Source: Hyphococcus sp.
GTDB taxonomy: Bacteria > Pseudomonadota > Alphaproteobacteria > Caulobacterales > Parvularculaceae
DNA: 64,000 nt
Reading direction: 5' to 3'
NCBI GenBank assembly: GCA_028285645.1
Contig: JANQOV010000021.1
Location: 696 to 64,695 of the forward strand
The notes under the pieces: model-generated
What the model saw: only the letters and a program-made list of their open reading frames with translations
What the model was told of the DNA's origin: nothing
The model's database searches: none
Shown here: positions 29,517 to 40,495 of the stretch, piece after piece
Position numbering within the stretch: position 1 is the stretch's first letter
Layout of the letters: every line of letters starts with the position of its first letter
Translations under genes and position numbers: made by a program

Positions 29517-30554
29517 ATGCAAAGCGCCAATCAATCACTATTCGTCCGAACACTTCGACGCGAGAAATCAAAATCGCCGCCGATTTGGCTTATGCGTCAG
29601 GCTGGTCGGTACTTACCTGAATATCGGAAAACCAGAGAACAAGCTGGATCGTTTTTAAATTTGTGCTTTGATCCAGAGCTCGCAACCGAAGTTACGCTCC
29701 AGCCCATCCGCCGCTATGATTTTGATGCAGCGATTATCTTTGCTGACATTCTCCTCATTCCATACGCCCTCGGGTTGAATTTACGATTTGAAACAGGCGA
29801 AGGTCCGGTATTGGACCCCATTCGTAGTCTTTCAGCGGTGGAAGCGTTCCACGGCAAGAATGTCCTCGACGTTTTATCGCCAGTTTTTGAGACTGTTGTC
29901 CGCACCCGTCGCGCATTACCTGCTGACAAGGCCCTCATAGGATTTGCCGGGGCGCCGTGGACTGTGGCTACTTACATGTTATCTGGCGGCGCCATGAAAG
30001 ATCCTGCTGCATGGCGGCGCAAAACCTACGAGGATGAAATTTTCATCCAGACACTGATCGATGTTTTGACTGACCTAACAATTGAATATCTGCGGGCACA
30101 GGCTAATGCCGGCGCAGATGCGCTTCAGATATTTGATAGTTGGGCCGGCGGCCTTCCAGAACCTGTTTTGGACGCCGTCAGCGTCAAGCCGCTTACAAAA
30201 ATCTGCGCGGCCTTGAAAAAAACGCACCCCCATGTTCCTGTAATTCTTTTTCCAAAGGGCATCGGCGCCGCAACGCAGGCTTACGCCAAAATAGAGGGTT
30301 GTGCGGCTGTCGGCGTCGATTATTCGTTAACACCAAGTTGGGTGCGAGAGAACCTTAGCCCGGTTACGGTCGTCCAAGGTGGCCTTGATCCGTTGCTTGT
30401 GGCCGTTGGCGGACCTAAACTTGAAGCGGCGGTTAGCGAGATATTACTTACATACGAAGACGTTCCGTATGTATTCAATCTTGGGCACGGTTTGACGCCG
30501 GACACGCCACCAGAACATGTCGCGTCACTTGTGAAACAAGTGCGCGGCGAATAA
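29517..30554 (+). CDS. hemE: Uroporphyrinogen decarboxylase
   Basis: WLMRQAGRYLPEY, IGFAGAPWT, QIFDSW, NLGHG. Confidence 0.96.
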   Translation: MQSANQSLFVRTLRREKSKSPPIWLMRQAGRYLPEYRKTREQAGSFLNLCFDPELATEVTLQPIRRYDFDAAIIFADILLIPYALGLNLRFETGEGPVLDPIRSLSAVEAFHGKNVLDVLSPVFETVVRTRRALPADKALIGFAGAPWTVATYMLSGGAMKDPAAWRRKTYEDEIFIQTLIDVLTDLTIEYLRAQANAGADALQIFDSWAGGLPEPVLDAVSVKPLTKICAALKKTHPHVPVILFPKGIGAATQAYAKIEGCAAVGVDYSLTPSWVRENLSPVTVVQGGLDPLLVAVGGPKLEAAVSEILLTYEDVPYVFNLGHGLTPDTPPEHVASLVKQVRGE

Positions 30555-30566
30555 TTCTGTTTCGTA

Positions 30567-31529
30567 TCACCTTGAACTTTCGATCAAGGTTGCCGCACCT
30601 TGTTCTAGAAGTTCTAATCCGATCGCACGGCCAAGTTCACGTGGGCGGGCGGGATCTCCAACACCGCTAGCCTCTATAATATTTTCACCGTTTAAACCGA
30701 GAACAGCCGCCTTCAGATGCAAAGCGCTTTTTTCGAAAGAAGCGTGCCCCGCGATTGGCGTATTACAATGACCATTCAGCACCCAGAGTGTTTCTCTCTC
30801 AGCGAGAGCACACACTTTAGTTTCTTCATGATTGATGAGCGCGAAGTTGGCTCGCGTCTTCCAGTCAGTCTCTGCGCATTCGACGGCGACAATCCCCTGC
30901 CCGATAGCCGGCAACATTTCGTCTGAGGAGAATACCATTGAGATGCGACTTTCCAGCCCGAGGCGTACAAGACCGCTTCTCGCCATGATGAGTGCGTCGG
31001 CGGGACCGACCTCTCCGCCATCGGGAAGTTTTTGCATGATCCGCTCATCAAGCTTGCGGATACGCGTATCGGCTGCCCCTCGATAGTGAATGACCTCTGA
31101 TCCGGGTAAAAGGCGCTTTGCGTATGTCGCGCGTCGAACAGAATTCGTGCCGATTTTAAAGCCAGCCCCGCTAGTTTTTTTGATATCATCAATCGAATGA
31201 TCGCTTCTCAGAACAAGGACATCCTCAATGGCCTCGCGTTTTAGAAAAGCTGCAAAAACGAGCCCCGGCGCCTCTTCGTCGCCTGGTGCGTCTTTAAGTG
31301 AGTGCATCGCAGATTCCAGCTTGCCTTTGCGCATCGCCTCTCTTATTTCGGCGACAAAGGCGCCGCCCTTGCCGCCGTGGCGATCGAGTTTTGACCTCTG
31401 ATCAATATCACCGCGCGGCTTAAACTTCACAATCTCAAGCGAAAGCTGCGGCGCTGCCATGCTTAGTTGAGCCGCGATCGTTTCCGTTTGCGCAATCGCC
31501 ATAGCGCTAGACCGAGTTCCAATTCTCAT
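30567..31529 (-). CDS. hemC: Hydroxymethylbilane synthase (divergent)
   Basis: IGTRSS.MA..Q, HSLKD, PAIGQG, LNGHCNTPI (cofactor Cys). Confidence 0.88.
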   Translation of the reverse strand: MRIGTRSSAMAIAQTETIAAQLSMAAPQLSLEIVKFKPRGDIDQRSKLDRHGGKGGAFVAEIREAMRKGKLESAMHSLKDAPGDEEAPGLVFAAFLKREAIEDVLVLRSDHSIDDIKKTSGAGFKIGTNSVRRATYAKRLLPGSEVIHYRGAADTRIRKLDERIMQKLPDGGEVGPADALIMARSGLVRLGLESRISMVFSSDEMLPAIGQGIVAVECAETDWKTRANFALINHEETKVCALAERETLWVLNGHCNTPIAGHASFEKSALHLKAAVLGLNGENIIEASGVGDPARPRELGRAIGLELLEQGAATLIESSR

Positions 31530-31575
31530 TGAAGGTGTATTTTCCTTAGTCTCAATTAAAAACGAGCAATGTAGG

Positions 31576-31857
31576 CTAGAATTTGGATTGCTTGGAAATC
31601 AACCGCACCACCGCTGCAAGCGTTCCCAAGTGGGAGACAAAAGCGAAAAACAAGGCAAAAGAAGTCATGGATACGCTCGCATCTGACATTGAGAATCGCA
31701 TTGCGACAAGCAAAAATCCACCTGACAGGAGAAAGAAAAACACAGGCCTAATGTAGAGTTTCGCATTCGCTCTTATGAGCAGAAACCGAATGATCAAAAA
31801 CTCCAAAACGACGCCAATCAAAATTGCGTCAATTATCCACGGGTAAAGTTTGTTCAT
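31576..31857 (-). CDS. Small membrane protein of unknown function
   Basis: 93 aa, three hydrophobic segments, 4 nt after tspO. Confidence 0.65.
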   Translation of the reverse strand: MNKLYPWIIDAILIGVVLEFLIIRFLLIRANAKLYIRPVFFFLLSGGFLLVAMRFSMSDASVSMTSFALFFAFVSHLGTLAAVVRLISKQSKF

Positions 31858-31861
31858 TCAC

Positions 31862-32344
31862 CTATCCAAACGGGCCGTTCAGTTGGACCACAGTGAAGTT
31901 AAGATAGGCCGCGAAGGCCACCCATGCGAGATAGGGAAGCAATGCGAGCGCGGTGGTCTTGGAAAAGCGATAGAAGAAAACGATCAGCGCCAATACCGAT
32001 AGCCAAAGGACTATGACTTCGGCAAACGCCCAGTCGGGGCGCTTAAACGTAAAAAAGATAGCGCTCCACAGTATATTCAAAAGGGCATTAAAGAAAAACA
32101 ACGAGATTAGCCAGGCGCGTTCTGCGCTCGTTCTCGTCGCACGCCACCCTGCAACCGCGGCGACAACCGCGAGCGCATAAATTATCGTCCAAGCCGGCCC
32201 AAACACCCAGTTGGGCGGATTGAACGCTGGTTTTTTCAAGCTCTCATACCACGGACCGATGTCAGTCATGACGCCGCCAAGTATGGCGACGCCGAGTGCT
32301 GCAAGAACTGCGATGACAGTTGGGTTGCGAAGTGCAGCGCCCAT
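31862..32344 (-). CDS. tspO: Tryptophan-rich sensory protein
   Basis: WYESLKKP.FNPPNWVFGPAWT, LLPYLAWV.FA..LN. Confidence 0.93.
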   Translation of the reverse strand: MGAALRNPTVIAVLAALGVAILGGVMTDIGPWYESLKKPAFNPPNWVFGPAWTIIYALAVVAAVAGWRATRTSAERAWLISLFFFNALLNILWSAIFFTFKRPDWAFAEVIVLWLSVLALIVFFYRFSKTTALALLPYLAWVAFAAYLNFTVVQLNGPFG

Positions 32345-32351
32345 TTGACGA

Positions 32352-33563
32352 TTAACGTTGCGGCGAAACGATGCCGAACAGGTGCGCGAGATCTTTGAAG
32401 AAGATTCGCGCATGCGCCATATGATCCGCTTTGACGAGGCGCTTATTCATGTAAGCCTCCCAAGTCAATCTTTGCACGTCCTTATCACGGCAGATATTGA
32501 CGAACCGCTCGCGCCTTTTGTCGTTGCGATACCAGAAATGCTGCATAATGCCGAGGATGAGAAAGACTTTGCCATGCTCTTTGAGATAGCGTTTGTGCGC
32601 GCGGGCGAGCGCTTTTGCATCCCGTGTTTCCAAAAGTTCGCAGACAGCCTCAGCGGCCGTACGTCCTCCGAGCATGCCATAATAAATGCCTTCGCCCGAC
32701 GCCGGCGCGACACAACCGGCAGCGTCGCCGGCGAGGATGACATCCTTACCATTGTCCCACTTTTTGAGCGGTTTAAGCGGTATCGGCGCACCTTCGGTTC
32801 TGATCGTTTTCGCGCCGGCAAGCCCCGTATCGACACGCAACTCGGCTATCGCCCCGCGCAATGAAAAGCCTTTATGAGCGCTGCCGACGCCGACACTCGT
32901 CGTTTGCCCATGCGGGAACACCCAGGCGTAGAAATCGGGCGAGAGCTTGCCCTGATAGTAAATATCGCAACGCGATCCGTCGAAGCCGTCCACCGGCGTT
33001 TCAATAATCTCGTGATAGGCGAACACGCACTTCTTTTTGTCTGCGTTTTTTACGGTCTGCAAAGCGACTTGCGATTTCGCGCCGTCAGCGCCAATGACAG
33101 TGCGCGCGCGGACTCTTTTAAGCGGCGCATCTTTGGGTTCACCTTTCGGGCGGAAGCAAACGATTGCGCAATCATTTTCGTCGCGTTCAATGCGTATGAA
33201 CGTGCCGTTGCGCCGATCAGCTCCCGCAGCTGCGGCGCGAGCGCGCAGAAATTCATCAAAATGTTCGCGATCGACCATACCCACTGAGCCGCCATTGATC
33301 GGCATATCCACGTGATGGTTTGACGGAGACACCATGCGTGCGGAGTGAGCGCGCGCGACAATTTGCGATTCAGGTATGTTAAAATCGCGAATGAGTCGCG
33401 GCGGGATGGCGCCGCCGCAGGGCTTAATACGGCCCGCTTTGTCGAGAAGCATAACGTTTTTGCCAGCATCTGCGAGATCGAGCGCTGCGGTAGCGCCCGC
33501 TGGACCGCCTCCCACAACAACGACGTCAAAAGTCTCAGCAATTTCCGTTGCGTCAAAAGCCAT
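32352..33563 (-). CDS. bchP: Geranylgeranyl reductase
   Basis: RIKPCGGAIP, SPDFYAWVFPH, GEGIYY, LTWEAYMNK. Confidence 0.95.
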   Translation of the reverse strand: MAFDATEIAETFDVVVVGGGPAGATAALDLADAGKNVMLLDKAGRIKPCGGAIPPRLIRDFNIPESQIVARAHSARMVSPSNHHVDMPINGGSVGMVDREHFDEFLRARAAAAGADRRNGTFIRIERDENDCAIVCFRPKGEPKDAPLKRVRARTVIGADGAKSQVALQTVKNADKKKCVFAYHEIIETPVDGFDGSRCDIYYQGKLSPDFYAWVFPHGQTTSVGVGSAHKGFSLRGAIAELRVDTGLAGAKTIRTEGAPIPLKPLKKWDNGKDVILAGDAAGCVAPASGEGIYYGMLGGRTAAEAVCELLETRDAKALARAHKRYLKEHGKVFLILGIMQHFWYRNDKRRERFVNICRDKDVQRLTWEAYMNKRLVKADHMAHARIFFKDLAHLFGIVSPQR

Positions 33564-33575
33564 AGAAAAGCCTCC

Positions 33576-34913
33576 TTATTCCGCAGGAAGTTGGTCTCCC
33601 GCCGGCATGGCGGGAAGTTTCATCCGATCCGCTGAGGAACGCCCGACCCGAGCAGCGAGCACTGCCGCGACGAGAAACATCAGGCCCTCAAATCCAAACA
33701 CAAAGGCGAAGGCTGAAGAGACATCCATAAATACGGCGCGCGTCGCGTCAATCGCGGCTGCGCCAAGAAAACCACCAAGCCCGAACGCGATGGCTTGAGA
33801 CGCGCCCCAGATGCCCATGCGCGTACCTTCACGCCCGTTTTTCCCAGCACTCGCCAGCGCCATCATTGACCCAATCGCGGCAACCGCGAAAGCGCCGTTG
33901 GAAAGACCAAGCATGAATACGTTGAGCTGCAACGGCCAGTTCGATCCGATTAACGCTCCTGCAGCAAGCGCCAAGAGAGAAGCGGCAGAAGCAACGCAGC
34001 CGCCCATAGTCCAGGCGCGCATGAAACCGGCGCGGGATTTGCCGATCGTCGTGCCAACAATCGCCGTTGCAATCATGCCTATGAGGACGCCGCCATTTTG
34101 CACCCCGGCAAGCTTTGTTGATTCACCAGGCGTATATCCATAAATGATCCCCGCGAACGGCTCGAGAATCAGATCCTGCGCGCTGTAAGCCAGCATCGAA
34201 ACAAAAACGAAAATCGTAAAGCGGCGCGCCTGACGCTCATTCCAAACTTCAGCAACGGCTTGCCGGAACGGCGTCTTCACAGCTGGCCGCACCGGCGCTC
34301 TTGCCACGCCTTTTTCGATATTCCACACGGCAAGACTCGAGACGGCGAACGCAACCGCGGAAACAGCGCTGGTGACAATCACAAGGCGCGTCATCGAAAA
34401 GGGATCGAGCATTTGACCAGCAACGCCCGCTGTCACAACAAATCCAAAAATCATCATGATCCAGACGATTGCGGCAGCGGCTGCTTTTCGCGGCGGCGCA
34501 GTTCTCGTCGCCAGCAGCGCAAGCAAATTTGTGCCCGCAGCGCCGACGCCCACGCCTATGCCAAAAAAAGCGAGAAAGGCTGCGAATACGCCCCATAGAA
34601 CGCTGCTTTCCATCAGCGCCGTCGCGCCGGCTGCGCCGATGGCGCCAAAACCCAATATCGCCATACCGCCAATGATCCATGGCGTTCTTGCGCCGCCCAT
34701 ATCAGAACCGTAACCCCAACGCGGGCGCGACATTTGCACGGCGTAATGCCACCCGACCAAAGCGCCAGGAAGCATTGCCGGCAATGCCAATTCAACGACC
34801 ATCACGCGATTAAGGGTCGATGTGGTGAGCACGACAATTGCGCCAAGCGCCATCTGCACCAGACCCAAGCGGAATATACCGAACCAACCGAGATGGGGTG
34901 TTTCCGCCTTCAT
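33576..34913 (-). CDS. BCD-family (PucC-like) MFS protein
   Basis: RLGLVQ, TLNRVMVVEL, QDLILEPF; between bchG and bchP. Confidence 0.9.
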   Translation of the reverse strand: MKAETPHLGWFGIFRLGLVQMALGAIVVLTTSTLNRVMVVELALPAMLPGALVGWHYAVQMSRPRWGYGSDMGGARTPWIIGGMAILGFGAIGAAGATALMESSVLWGVFAAFLAFFGIGVGVGAAGTNLLALLATRTAPPRKAAAAAIVWIMMIFGFVVTAGVAGQMLDPFSMTRLVIVTSAVSAVAFAVSSLAVWNIEKGVARAPVRPAVKTPFRQAVAEVWNERQARRFTIFVFVSMLAYSAQDLILEPFAGIIYGYTPGESTKLAGVQNGGVLIGMIATAIVGTTIGKSRAGFMRAWTMGGCVASAASLLALAAGALIGSNWPLQLNVFMLGLSNGAFAVAAIGSMMALASAGKNGREGTRMGIWGASQAIAFGLGGFLGAAAIDATRAVFMDVSSAFAFVFGFEGLMFLVAAVLAARVGRSSADRMKLPAMPAGDQLPAE

Positions 34914-35824
34914 GGGGCGCCTCCGGCAAAAGATTGGACGGCAAATGCAGCAACAAGCATCCCCAACACGTAAAGAGAAACACCGGTCGCGTTATACCAA
35001 GGCGCTTTACCGCGCGGGTCTTTCAACATTTCCGTCATGCAATAGAATTGCAAAATCAACAGGACACTGATTATTAATGCGTGAATTGGCCGGCCGATGA
35101 AGGCAAGCCCTGCGATGACAACCAACTGCGGCGCCGCCATAACGACGCAGGCAAATTTCGCCGCCCGCTCGGCGCCCAACTGAACCGGTAGCGTACGCAC
35201 GCCAAGGCGCGTATCGCCTTCAATCGCTTTAAAATCATTGAGCGTCATGATGCCGTGCGCACCGATCGAATAAAGCAGCGCCAGAGCGAGTATCGGCCAG
35301 CCGGGCAAACCGCCTAGCATCACCGCCGCGCCTGTGAACCAAGCAATCCCCTCATAAGACAATCCGACGGCCGCGTTTCCATACCAGCCGTTCATTTTGA
35401 ACCGCAGCGGCGGCGCGCTGTAGGCCCAGGCGAGAAAGACGGCAAGAACCGTTCCCGCAAACGCCCAAGCCCCAAGCATGGCGCCTAACGACAGCGACAA
35501 TCCGGACCAAAAGATCGCGATATAAAGCCCCCAACGGCCTGGAATACGGCCCGACGGGATCGGACGGTTTGGCTCATTTATGGCGTCGACTTCTCTGTCA
35601 AACCAGTCATTCGCCGCCTGGCTCGCTGCGCAAACGAGAGGGCCCGCCAGCAACACGCCACCGAGGAAAAAGAGCCATCGGTCACTAATTGGTTGCCCCG
35701 AAGAAACGACGCCGCACATGAAAGCCCACATGGGCGCAAACCATGTGACCGGCTTGAGCAACTCCAACACCGCCGCCGGCGACGGCAGCGATTTTGGTTG
35801 CGGCGCTAGAGTCGTGTTTGACAC
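34910..35824 (-). CDS. bchG: Bacteriochlorophyll synthase
   Basis: KPVTWFAPMWAF, NDWFDREVDAINEP, NDFKAIEGD; GTG start. Confidence 0.95.
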   Translation of the reverse strand: MSNTTLAPQPKSLPSPAAVLELLKPVTWFAPMWAFMCGVVSSGQPISDRWLFFLGGVLLAGPLVCAASQAANDWFDREVDAINEPNRPIPSGRIPGRWGLYIAIFWSGLSLSLGAMLGAWAFAGTVLAVFLAWAYSAPPLRFKMNGWYGNAAVGLSYEGIAWFTGAAVMLGGLPGWPILALALLYSIGAHGIMTLNDFKAIEGDTRLGVRTLPVQLGAERAAKFACVVMAAPQLVVIAGLAFIGRPIHALIISVLLILQFYCMTEMLKDPRGKAPWYNATGVSLYVLGMLVAAFAVQSFAGGAP

Positions 35825-35827
35825 GAG

Positions 35828-35871
35828 TGTAAATTACGCTGGACACAGCGAGGTGTCAATTCAATTTGACA
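35828..35871. promoter_or_regulatory. Tandem PpsR/CrtJ operators over the bchG promoter
   Basis: TGT-N12-ACA at 35828-35845 and 35854-35871 (8 bp apart); minus strand TTGACA-17-TAATTT. Confidence 0.9.
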
Positions 35872-35882
35872 GGACGTTTTCG

Positions 35883-37289
35883 CTACGCGTCAAACCCGAA
35901 CCGCTTCAGTTTTGAATAAAGCCCCTGACGACTGAGCCCCAACATTTCCGCTGCCGATGCGCGATTGTCTTCAGTAATCTCGAGCGCTGCTTCGATGCAT
36001 AATCTTTCGATAAGATCGGTCGACTCGCGCACGATTTCCTTGAGCGACACTTTGCCGACAAGTCCTGTAAGTTGATCGACAGAACTTGGCAGTTGTTCCC
36101 CGATACGCGCGCCGGTTTCGAGCCTACGAGCGACATTACGGATCGAAAATCCGTAAACCTCGCTTTCTCCCGACGGAGCAGTGACCGCAGAAACCTCTAC
36201 GCGCTCCTCGGCGCCGAACTGATCGCGCAAGACCGTCGCAAAGTTTCGAACAAAGCCATGATTTCTCATGCTCGACAGAAGTACATTCACGTCCGTTCCA
36301 GAGCGTCCGAGGAAATCATCCAGCCGCCGCCCGATTGCCTGCCGATGACCAGACAGCCGCACCATCTCAGAGAATGCCCGGTTGGCTTGTAAAATAAGCA
36401 AGTCATCGCTGGCGACCACAAGACCATCAGGCAAGCTTTCCAATACGCCTAACAATTCGACGGACTGCGCTTCATCGCGGGCGTCTTCGGAAAGCACGCG
36501 CACAATTAAAAGTGTTTTGTCATCCTGCCGAAAGGGCGACACTGAAAGCTTCCAGGCGCCCTCGCCCCGAGATTGCAGAACATCGCTCGTCGCAGAACCG
36601 CTCGCTAATGCTTTCGCTATCACTACTTCGATGGAACGCCCGGCTCTCTTTTGGAACGGGTCCTCCAACGAAGATCCAACAAGCGTTTCCGTGATGCCGG
36701 CAAAGCGCTGTAGAGCCGCGGGGTTTGCGCTTTCTATCTCATAGGTATTTGCATCTACGATCAGAACTGGTTCGGCCACTGCGTGAAACAATGTCTCATA
36801 TCGCGTTTCTGCATCGCGCAATCGGTCGTAGTCTCGCTCCAATCCCTGATGCGCCTCAACAAGTCGCTGCTGCAAGGCGGAAATAGAACGCAGATCTCTT
36901 CCAATCGCTACGATTCGGTCATTTGAACCGGTTCTAACGGCCGTATATTTTACAGGGATATCAACGCCTGAAGGCGAAGGGTGATTAACCTGTCGCCAAT
37001 GTGGCCGCATCTTCGCTGTGGTTTTCAGGAGGTCTTGGATTTTTGGCCGGCTTTCAATCGTCACCGTCTCAATCCATTTTTTTCCGCGCCACGCCGCGTC
37101 ATAGCCTTCTTTGGAAAGCTCGCTGTTGCCAAGGGCAATGTCCTTGATGACGCCTTTGTCTAAGATCAACGCCACATCTGCGGCGGAAGCGACAACTTTT
37201 GCCGTAGCAGATGGATCGAGATCGGCCAAAAACCGTTTCGGACTCTTGAACGACACTAGTCGTTCGTTGGGTGAGGCCATGGCATCCAT
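35883..37289 (-). CDS. ppsR: Photosynthesis repressor PpsR/CrtJ
   Basis: PAS domains, Q-linker, IERLCIEAAL...LSRQGLYSKL HTH. Confidence 0.95.
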   Translation of the reverse strand: MDAMASPNERLVSFKSPKRFLADLDPSATAKVVASAADVALILDKGVIKDIALGNSELSKEGYDAAWRGKKWIETVTIESRPKIQDLLKTTAKMRPHWRQVNHPSPSGVDIPVKYTAVRTGSNDRIVAIGRDLRSISALQQRLVEAHQGLERDYDRLRDAETRYETLFHAVAEPVLIVDANTYEIESANPAALQRFAGITETLVGSSLEDPFQKRAGRSIEVVIAKALASGSATSDVLQSRGEGAWKLSVSPFRQDDKTLLIVRVLSEDARDEAQSVELLGVLESLPDGLVVASDDLLILQANRAFSEMVRLSGHRQAIGRRLDDFLGRSGTDVNVLLSSMRNHGFVRNFATVLRDQFGAEERVEVSAVTAPSGESEVYGFSIRNVARRLETGARIGEQLPSSVDQLTGLVGKVSLKEIVRESTDLIERLCIEAALEITEDNRASAAEMLGLSRQGLYSKLKRFGFDA

Positions 37290-37324
37290 ATTCGAATCAC
37301 AGATATCTTAATAACAATTGGCCG

Positions 37325-38260
37325 TTAGCAGTCTACCGCTTTTGCTGCAAGCAATTCTTCTCCGATTTCAGCGATGTTCTTTGCATCAATGGCGAAAGCA
37401 TCGGCGCCAACTTTTTTCGCAAGGTCAGGATCATCCGCAAATAGTCTCCCGCCCGTAAGCACTTTCAAATTTTGATTACGGGAAGCCGCTCGCAACATCT
37501 TAATTTCTTCGGCAACGAGGTCCGCGAAAACGCTGCAAGCCACCGAAAGTCCCAGAATATCAAACTCCCGTTCGCCGAGAATTTTGGCTAGCTTGTCTTG
37601 TTTCGCACCTGGCTCGCTGACAACACGCCAGCCGGCGCGCCGCAAGAAGTCAGCAACAATAACGATCCCAAACACGTGCTGATCGCCGCAGGCCGTCGCG
37701 AGTAAAATCCGCGGTCCGTTACCCACCGGTTGATGAGGAGCGCCCCGCCCACCTTCTGAAGTCGTCTTCCGCACAATCTCATGCAGACGGCAAAGCCCGA
37801 TTGTCACGTCGGTGAAGTCGCATAAGTCTTGTTCCCACATCTCGCCGAGCCTTCGCGCTGATGTAGCCAAAAGATCGAGGAACAATTCTTCTCGGCTAAT
37901 ACCGCGCTGCAGCAATTCGTCAGCAAATTGCAACGCCGAAGACGCGTTTCCTTGAAGAATACTAAGCAAGAAAGCGTCTTGGTCCTGCTTGGTTAGCGTT
38001 ACCGGCGGCGCTTTTTCGCCTTCGATTTCAGCCGCCGAGCTGCGATGCGCCAGCATCAATCGCGGAATAATTTCGCCTTCAATGGTGTCAAACAATGCGC
38101 TAGCGCCGAGCGCGTCAGCGGCATTGAACTTTTGCTGTTGTTCCCCGCCGCCCGTAAGAGCTTTTAAACGTTCGCCGAGGCTCATGAACGCCATAATCGC
38201 GCGAGACCGCGCCTGATTTTCATCAGTCCGTATCCGCAAATCATGTCCGAGTTCGTCCAT
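37325..38260 (-). CDS. ppaA: Cobalamin-binding antirepressor PpaA/AerR
   Basis: EIIPRL, WEQD.CDF.DVTIG..RL, GDQHVFG; adjacent to ppsR; start uncertain. Confidence 0.88.
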   Translation of the reverse strand: MDELGHDLRIRTDENQARSRAIMAFMSLGERLKALTGGGEQQQKFNAADALGASALFDTIEGEIIPRLMLAHRSSAAEIEGEKAPPVTLTKQDQDAFLLSILQGNASSALQFADELLQRGISREELFLDLLATSARRLGEMWEQDLCDFTDVTIGLCRLHEIVRKTTSEGGRGAPHQPVGNGPRILLATACGDQHVFGIVIVADFLRRAGWRVVSEPGAKQDKLAKILGEREFDILGLSVACSVFADLVAEEIKMLRAASRNQNLKVLTGGRLFADDPDLAKKVGADAFAIDAKNIAEIGEELLAAKAVDC

Positions 38261-38605
38261 CTCCCTCTTCCTACAAGCCCGACGATACTGAGCAGGCTTA
38301 ATTAGATGTTGTGTGAAAGGAAAAGTTCAGTTGCCGCGATCCTCCAAGAAACAATGTTGCGCAAATCCATTTAAGCGCCAACGAATGTTACAACGTCACA
38401 ACTTTTGGTATTTGTTGCAGTCGCGAACGCAACGCCTAAACTACGAAACCTGGATACGAAACACAGCACACTGACAGTCGCAAATTGCTGCAGATGCTAA
38501 CGCGATCCGCATCTAATTCGCGCGAAAACACATGAACGTTAGCGGTTTTCCGCGCGGATTTGGAATCTTTTTTTTCAAGGACGATTTTCGTCATTTGTGC
38601 TGGCG

Positions 38606-38639
38606 TGTCAATCTTTTTTGACGTAAATTTTGATTGACA
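38606..38639. promoter_or_regulatory. Overlapping PpsR-like sites upstream of bchF
   Basis: TGT-N12-ACG at 38606-38623 and CGT-N12-ACA at 38622-38639; TTGACA at 38634. Confidence 0.7.
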
Positions 38640-38723
38640 GTTTTGTTTCGTTATTTCCAAAATCCTGCCACGCGAGTTTTGTGGTTGGCCGACACAATCA
38701 ATGCCGAACGTCAGGAAGAACGC

Positions 38724-40494
<1,771 letters not shown>

Positions 40495-40495
<1 letters not shown>

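Noticed and set aside
29140-29658. 172-aa ORF overlapping the hemE start
   Set aside because: No recognisable motif, atypical composition, out-of-frame overlap with hemE.
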